From Candidatus Sordicultor fermentans (GTDB lineage: Bacteria; Atribacterota; Atribacteria; Atribacterales; Caldatribacteriaceae), in the NCBI GenBank assembly GCA_002385475.1, contig DGDO01000021.1, forward strand, positions 1 through 50,683: 50,683 bases of DNA. Direction: 5' to 3'. The translations under genes and the position numbers were made by a program. Shown here one piece after another: positions 47,268 to 50,683 of this stretch; positions within the stretch are counted from its first letter, which is position 1; each line of letters starts with the position of its first letter. A model generated the notes under the pieces. The model was not told where the DNA came from. It saw nothing but the letters and a program-made list of their open reading frames with translations, and did no database searches.

Positions 47268-47747
47268 TTGGTCACCCGAGAGTCAGATAATGCGTCGCCT
47301 TCAGACTTAGAAAAAATAGACTCTGTTTCTTTCCAGGTATTTCAGTCTCTCTTTAAATTCATGCGCCTCCACAGCCAGCTTTTATTCAAGCTAACCTCTG
47401 AGAAAGGATTTTATCCCGGGCAGGCTGTTTGTCTGTGGTTTATCCATCAAAATTCAGGAATAAGTCAGCGGGAGCTGGCGGAGAAAATGCATGTAGCGCC
47501 CCCCACTGTCACTCACATGCTTAAGCGGTTAGAAAAAGCAGGGCTGGTGGTGCGTAAAGGAAGCGAAGGAGACCGGCGCTTGAGCCATACCTATCTAACT
47601 GATGCCGGTATAGATACATTAAACGTATTAAATGATATTTTAGCCGAGATAATAGACACTAGTTTAGAGGGTTTGAATTGCGAGGAGCAACGTAACCTCG
47701 CGCGCTTACTGGATATTATAAGCTCTAATATATTACGTAAACTTTGA
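47268..47747 (+). CDS. MarR-family transcriptional regulator (TTG start; the ORF is open from 47238)
   Basis: The wHTH core (GISQRELAEKMHVAPPTVTHMLKRLEKAGLVVRKGSEGDRRLSHTYLTDAG) is typical MarR. AGGAGG at 47254-47259 lies 8 nt before the TTG at 47268. Confidence 0.88.
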   Translation: MVTRESDNASPSDLEKIDSVSFQVFQSLFKFMRLHSQLLFKLTSEKGFYPGQAVCLWFIHQNSGISQRELAEKMHVAPPTVTHMLKRLEKAGLVVRKGSEGDRRLSHTYLTDAGIDTLNVLNDILAEIIDTSLEGLNCEEQRNLARLLDIISSNILRKL

Positions 47748-47768
47748 AATGGAAGGGAATGCATTTAT

Positions 47769-49502
47769 ATGAAAGATTTGTTGACAAAATTTTTAAAGCC
47801 GTATTGGAAGCTGATTATTCTCGCTATAGTATTATTACTGGCGCAGGCCATGTCTAATCTGTATCTGCCCAGCTTGAATGCTGATATCATCAACAACGGA
47901 GTGGCTAAAAGCGATATCAGATACATCATAAAGACTGGTGGCTTTATGCTGGTTGTAACGCTGCTCCTCGCGGCCTGCACCATAGCCTCCTCGTATTTGA
48001 GCTCTAAAATATCTATGAGTTTTGGGCGAGATATGAGAAGAGCCATATTCTACAAAGTAGAAAGCTTCTCCCAGGCTGACCTCGATAAATTCGGCACGCC
48101 ATCGTTGATTACCCGCAACACCAATGATGTGCACCAGATGCAGATGCTGGTGCATCTAGGTTTAAATCTCATGGTTATGGCTCCCATTATGTGCATAGGT
48201 GGCGTTATAATGGCCCTGCGGCAAGATGTGGTGTTATCTTTTTCTATAGTTATCATAGCACCTCTCATGGCTGCGGTGGTGGGAATTCTTCTGGCCAAAG
48301 CTACCCCGCTATTTCGCTCTATCCAGGTCAAAATAGACCGGGTAAATCAAATTATGCGCGAAAAACTGATGGGAGTGAGAGTCATAAGGGCGTTTGTGAG
48401 GAATGATTACGAAGTCCGGCGTTTTGATGAAGCCAACCGGGACCTCACCACCACCGCATTAAGAGTAAATCGAATGATAGCCCTCGCCATACCGTTGCTT
48501 ATAATCATCATGGATATCTCCACCATCGGTATAATATGGTTTGGAGGCCACCGAATAGAAAGCGGAGCTATGCCCATAGGTAATTTAACTGCTTTTCTGT
48601 CCTACATTATGGAGATAATGATATCAGTAACAATCGCCATGAGCATGTTCATAATGGTGCCCAGAGCCGAGGCATCAGCTGAGCGAATATTAGAAGTACT
48701 CAATACCAAACCATCTATACAAGATCCTCCCAAACCTGTTGTACCTCGCAATATAAAGGGTCATGTGGAGTTTTGTGATGTAGAATTTTGCTATCCCGGA
48801 GCAGAAGAGCCGGTACTCCGGGACATATCATTTATAGCAACACCAGGCAAGACCACCGCCATCATAGGGAGCACCGGATGCGGAAAGAGTACTTTAGTAA
48901 ACCTGATACCTCGTTTTTACGATGTAACTGGCGGTAGCATAAAAATAGATGGAACAGATATCCGTGATATGCTCTTGCGAGACTTGAGAGCCCGGATAGG
49001 ACTGGTGCCTCAGAAAGCTTTTCTTTTCAGCGGAACCATAGCTGATAACCTGCGCTACGGCAACGAGAACGCTACTGATGAAGAGCTCTGGCACGCACTG
49101 GAGATAGCCCAGGCCAAGGATTTCGTAATGGAGTTACCCGGTAAATTGTATGCTCCGGTGGAACAAGGAGGGGTTAACTTCTCCGGAGGCCAACGTCAGA
49201 GGCTAGCTATTGCTCGAGCACTGGTTAAAAAACCAGAGATATATGTGTTTGACGACAGCTTTTCGGCCCTGGATTTCCAAACTGATGCCCAGCTCCGATT
49301 AGCACTTAAAGATGAAACTGTCAATTCTACAGTCATCATTGTTGCTCAACGAGTAAGCACCATCATGGATGCCCATCAGATCGTTACTTTAAACGATGAT
49401 GGTACTATAGCGGGAATTGGTACTCACACTGAGCTTATGGAGACCTGTGAGGTATATCGCGATATAGTATACTCACAGCTTTCTGAGGAGGAAGTAGCAT
49501 GA
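47769..49502 (+). CDS. ABC exporter, fused transmembrane + ATP-binding half-transporter (multidrug/lipid exporter type, partner 1)
   Basis: The N-terminal six-helix TMD is followed by an NBD with Walker A (GSTGCGKST), a signature motif (FSGGQRQRLAIARAL) and Walker B (IYVFDDSFSALD). Confidence 0.93.
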   Translation: MKDLLTKFLKPYWKLIILAIVLLLAQAMSNLYLPSLNADIINNGVAKSDIRYIIKTGGFMLVVTLLLAACTIASSYLSSKISMSFGRDMRRAIFYKVESFSQADLDKFGTPSLITRNTNDVHQMQMLVHLGLNLMVMAPIMCIGGVIMALRQDVVLSFSIVIIAPLMAAVVGILLAKATPLFRSIQVKIDRVNQIMREKLMGVRVIRAFVRNDYEVRRFDEANRDLTTTALRVNRMIALAIPLLIIIMDISTIGIIWFGGHRIESGAMPIGNLTAFLSYIMEIMISVTIAMSMFIMVPRAEASAERILEVLNTKPSIQDPPKPVVPRNIKGHVEFCDVEFCYPGAEEPVLRDISFIATPGKTTAIIGSTGCGKSTLVNLIPRFYDVTGGSIKIDGTDIRDMLLRDLRARIGLVPQKAFLFSGTIADNLRYGNENATDEELWHALEIAQAKDFVMELPGKLYAPVEQGGVNFSGGQRQRLAIARALVKKPEIYVFDDSFSALDFQTDAQLRLALKDETVNSTVIIVAQRVSTIMDAHQIVTLNDDGTIAGIGTHTELMETCEVYRDIVYSQLSEEEVA

Positions 49503-50683
49503 GTATAAATAACAATCAAAATAATAATAATCTGGAAACCAAGCCACAAAGACGACGCGGCGGAGGGGGTGGTCGCCGTGCCATGCCAGTTGAAAAAGCC
49601 AAAGACTTCAAAGGAACTCTCAAGCGTCTCATAGCCTACCTCAAGCCTCAGGCTGTGCTGCTACTAATGGTGATAATATTTACCGCTCTTAGCGTGATAT
49701 TTACCATATTTGCACCCCGGATAATGGGTGAGGCTACCAATGAGCTATTTGAGGGAGTAATGAGTAAATATTTACCCGCTGACATGACCAAAGAGCAGGC
49801 TATAGCCGAGCTAAAGGCTAAAGGACAGGACCAGTTAGCCGAGATGTTGTCGGCAATGGATGTAACCCCGGGGAAAGGGGTAGACTTCAACGCCTTGCTG
49901 CGTATACTGCTTATCCTTTTAACTGTATATCTTCTGGCTGCTTTCTTTCAATGGTTGCAGCAATATACCATGGCCGGCGTAGCCCAGAATACTGTATACC
50001 GACTGCGGCGGGACATAGATACCAAACTTGCCCGGTTGCCTTTAAAATATTACGACAACCATCCTCACGGCGATATCTTAAGCCGCGTAACCAATGATGT
50101 AGATAATATAGCTCATACTCTCCAGCAGAGTATCACCCAGGTGATACACGCTGTGGTAACAGTCATAGGGGTACTGATTATGATGTTTTCCATAAGTCCA
50201 CTTCTATCATGGATATCGCTGGCCATTATACCTCTGTCACTTCTGGTAACCATGTTTGTGGTCAGGCGGTCTCAGAAATACTTTATAGCCCAGTGGGACA
50301 GCACCGGTGCTTTAAATGGTCATATAGAAGAGACATTTACCGGTCATAACATCATTGAAGCATTCAACCAGCAAGATAAAACCATAGAGCGCTTTGACGA
50401 AGAGAATGAGAGAGTTTATGAAGCCAGTTTTAAAGCTCAATTTATATCCGGCATCATACGTCCGGCTATAAATTTCCTGAACAACGTAAATTATGTGGTA
50501 ATATGTGTGGTAGGCGGAATACGTGTAGCCACCGGCCTTATCACTCTGGGTGGTGTGCAAGCTTTCATCCAGTATTCCCGACGGTTTACCCAACCGGTGA
50601 TTCAGGTTGCCAGCATCACAAACGTTTTGCAATCTACTGTTGCTTCTGCAGAGCGAGTGTTTGAACTGCTGGATGAAGAGGAA
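49499..50683 (+). CDS. ABC exporter half-transporter (partner 2), TMD portion only; the gene runs off the window end
   Basis: The ATG at 49499 overlaps the preceding stop (ATGA). I read the frame as open to the window end. It encodes MSINNNQNNNN...RRRGGGGGRRAMPVEKAKDFKGTLKRLIAYLKP, then typical type-I exporter TM helices up to the ...AERVFELLDEE linker that precedes the NBD. Confidence 0.85.
   Translation, partial: MSINNNQNNNNLETKPQRRRGGGGGRRAMPVEKAKDFKGTLKRLIAYLKPQAVLLLMVIIFTALSVIFTIFAPRIMGEATNELFEGVMSKYLPADMTKEQAIAELKAKGQDQLAEMLSAMDVTPGKGVDFNALLRILLILLTVYLLAAFFQWLQQYTMAGVAQNTVYRLRRDIDTKLARLPLKYYDNHPHGDILSRVTNDVDNIAHTLQQSITQVIHAVVTVIGVLIMMFSISPLLSWISLAIIPLSLLVTMFVVRRSQKYFIAQWDSTGALNGHIEETFTGHNIIEAFNQQDKTIERFDEENERVYEASFKAQFISGIIRPAINFLNNVNYVVICVVGGIRVATGLITLGGVQAFIQYSRRFTQPVIQVASITNVLQSTVASAERVFELLDEEE

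Noticed and set aside
47765-50632. Minus-strand ORFs (47765-48046, 47835-48155, 48050-48331, 48894-49094, 49648-49890, 50312-50632) and a plus-strand out-of-frame ORF (48191-48406) within the ABC exporter genes.
   Set aside because: They are antisense or out-of-frame shadow ORFs inside genes with clear ABC TMD/NBD motifs.
1-50683. CRISPR arrays, rRNA genes, transposases/IS elements and toxin-antitoxin pairs.
   Set aside because: I scanned for regularly spaced direct repeats, rRNA-like conserved stretches, transposase-like ORFs and inverted terminal repeats. None were seen. The only repeats found are the short operator-type and tandem 13-mer repeats reported above.

Overview
This is a chromosomal segment from a moderately AT-rich bacterium. 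It is probably a diderm anaerobe or thermophile-like lineage: it carries an LpxL-family acyltransferase, a TolB-like propeller, a Spy/CpxP-like protein, a class II B12 ribonucleotide reductase, an archaeal-type peroxiredoxin and LarBC. I cannot assign a taxon from sequence alone.

Gene content, left to right:
- Minus strand: rpoB-rpoC, an acyltransferase, then L7Ae-rpsL-rpsG-fusA (the str operon; fusA runs off the window).
- Plus strand: a Fur/PerR-family regulator, a peroxiredoxin and a small winged-helix-like ORF.
- Minus strand: ddl, a Spy/CpxP-like protein, and an OmpR-type response regulator with its histidine kinase.
- A URO-D family gene, a truncated integrase fragment and tRNA-Leu(UAG).
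- Minus strand: thrC-thrB-aspartokinase-asd.
- Minus strand, tightly overlapping: cytidylate-kinase-like fusion, hpt, hisC, HAD hydrolase, nrdJ.
- A TolB-like propeller, then larB-larC.
- A ROK-regulated sugar ABC uptake locus with a DUF4838-like putative glycosidase.
- A four-gene cassette (41917-46883).
- A MarR regulator with two ABC exporter half-transporters (the last runs off the window).

The most interesting region is the four-gene cassette. It encodes a D12/Dam-class N6-adenine methyltransferase, translationally coupled to a HerA-like (HAS-barrel plus FtsK/HerA P-loop) ATPase and a NurA-domain nuclease carrying an inserted CxxC...CxxC zinc ribbon. A Cas4/RecB-like PD-(D/E)xK nuclease with four cysteines follows. 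I read it as a candidate methylation-guarded HerA/NurA anti-foreign-DNA system. I cannot place it in any named defence system from memory, and this needs database confirmation.

No CRISPR array, rRNA or intact mobile element was seen.
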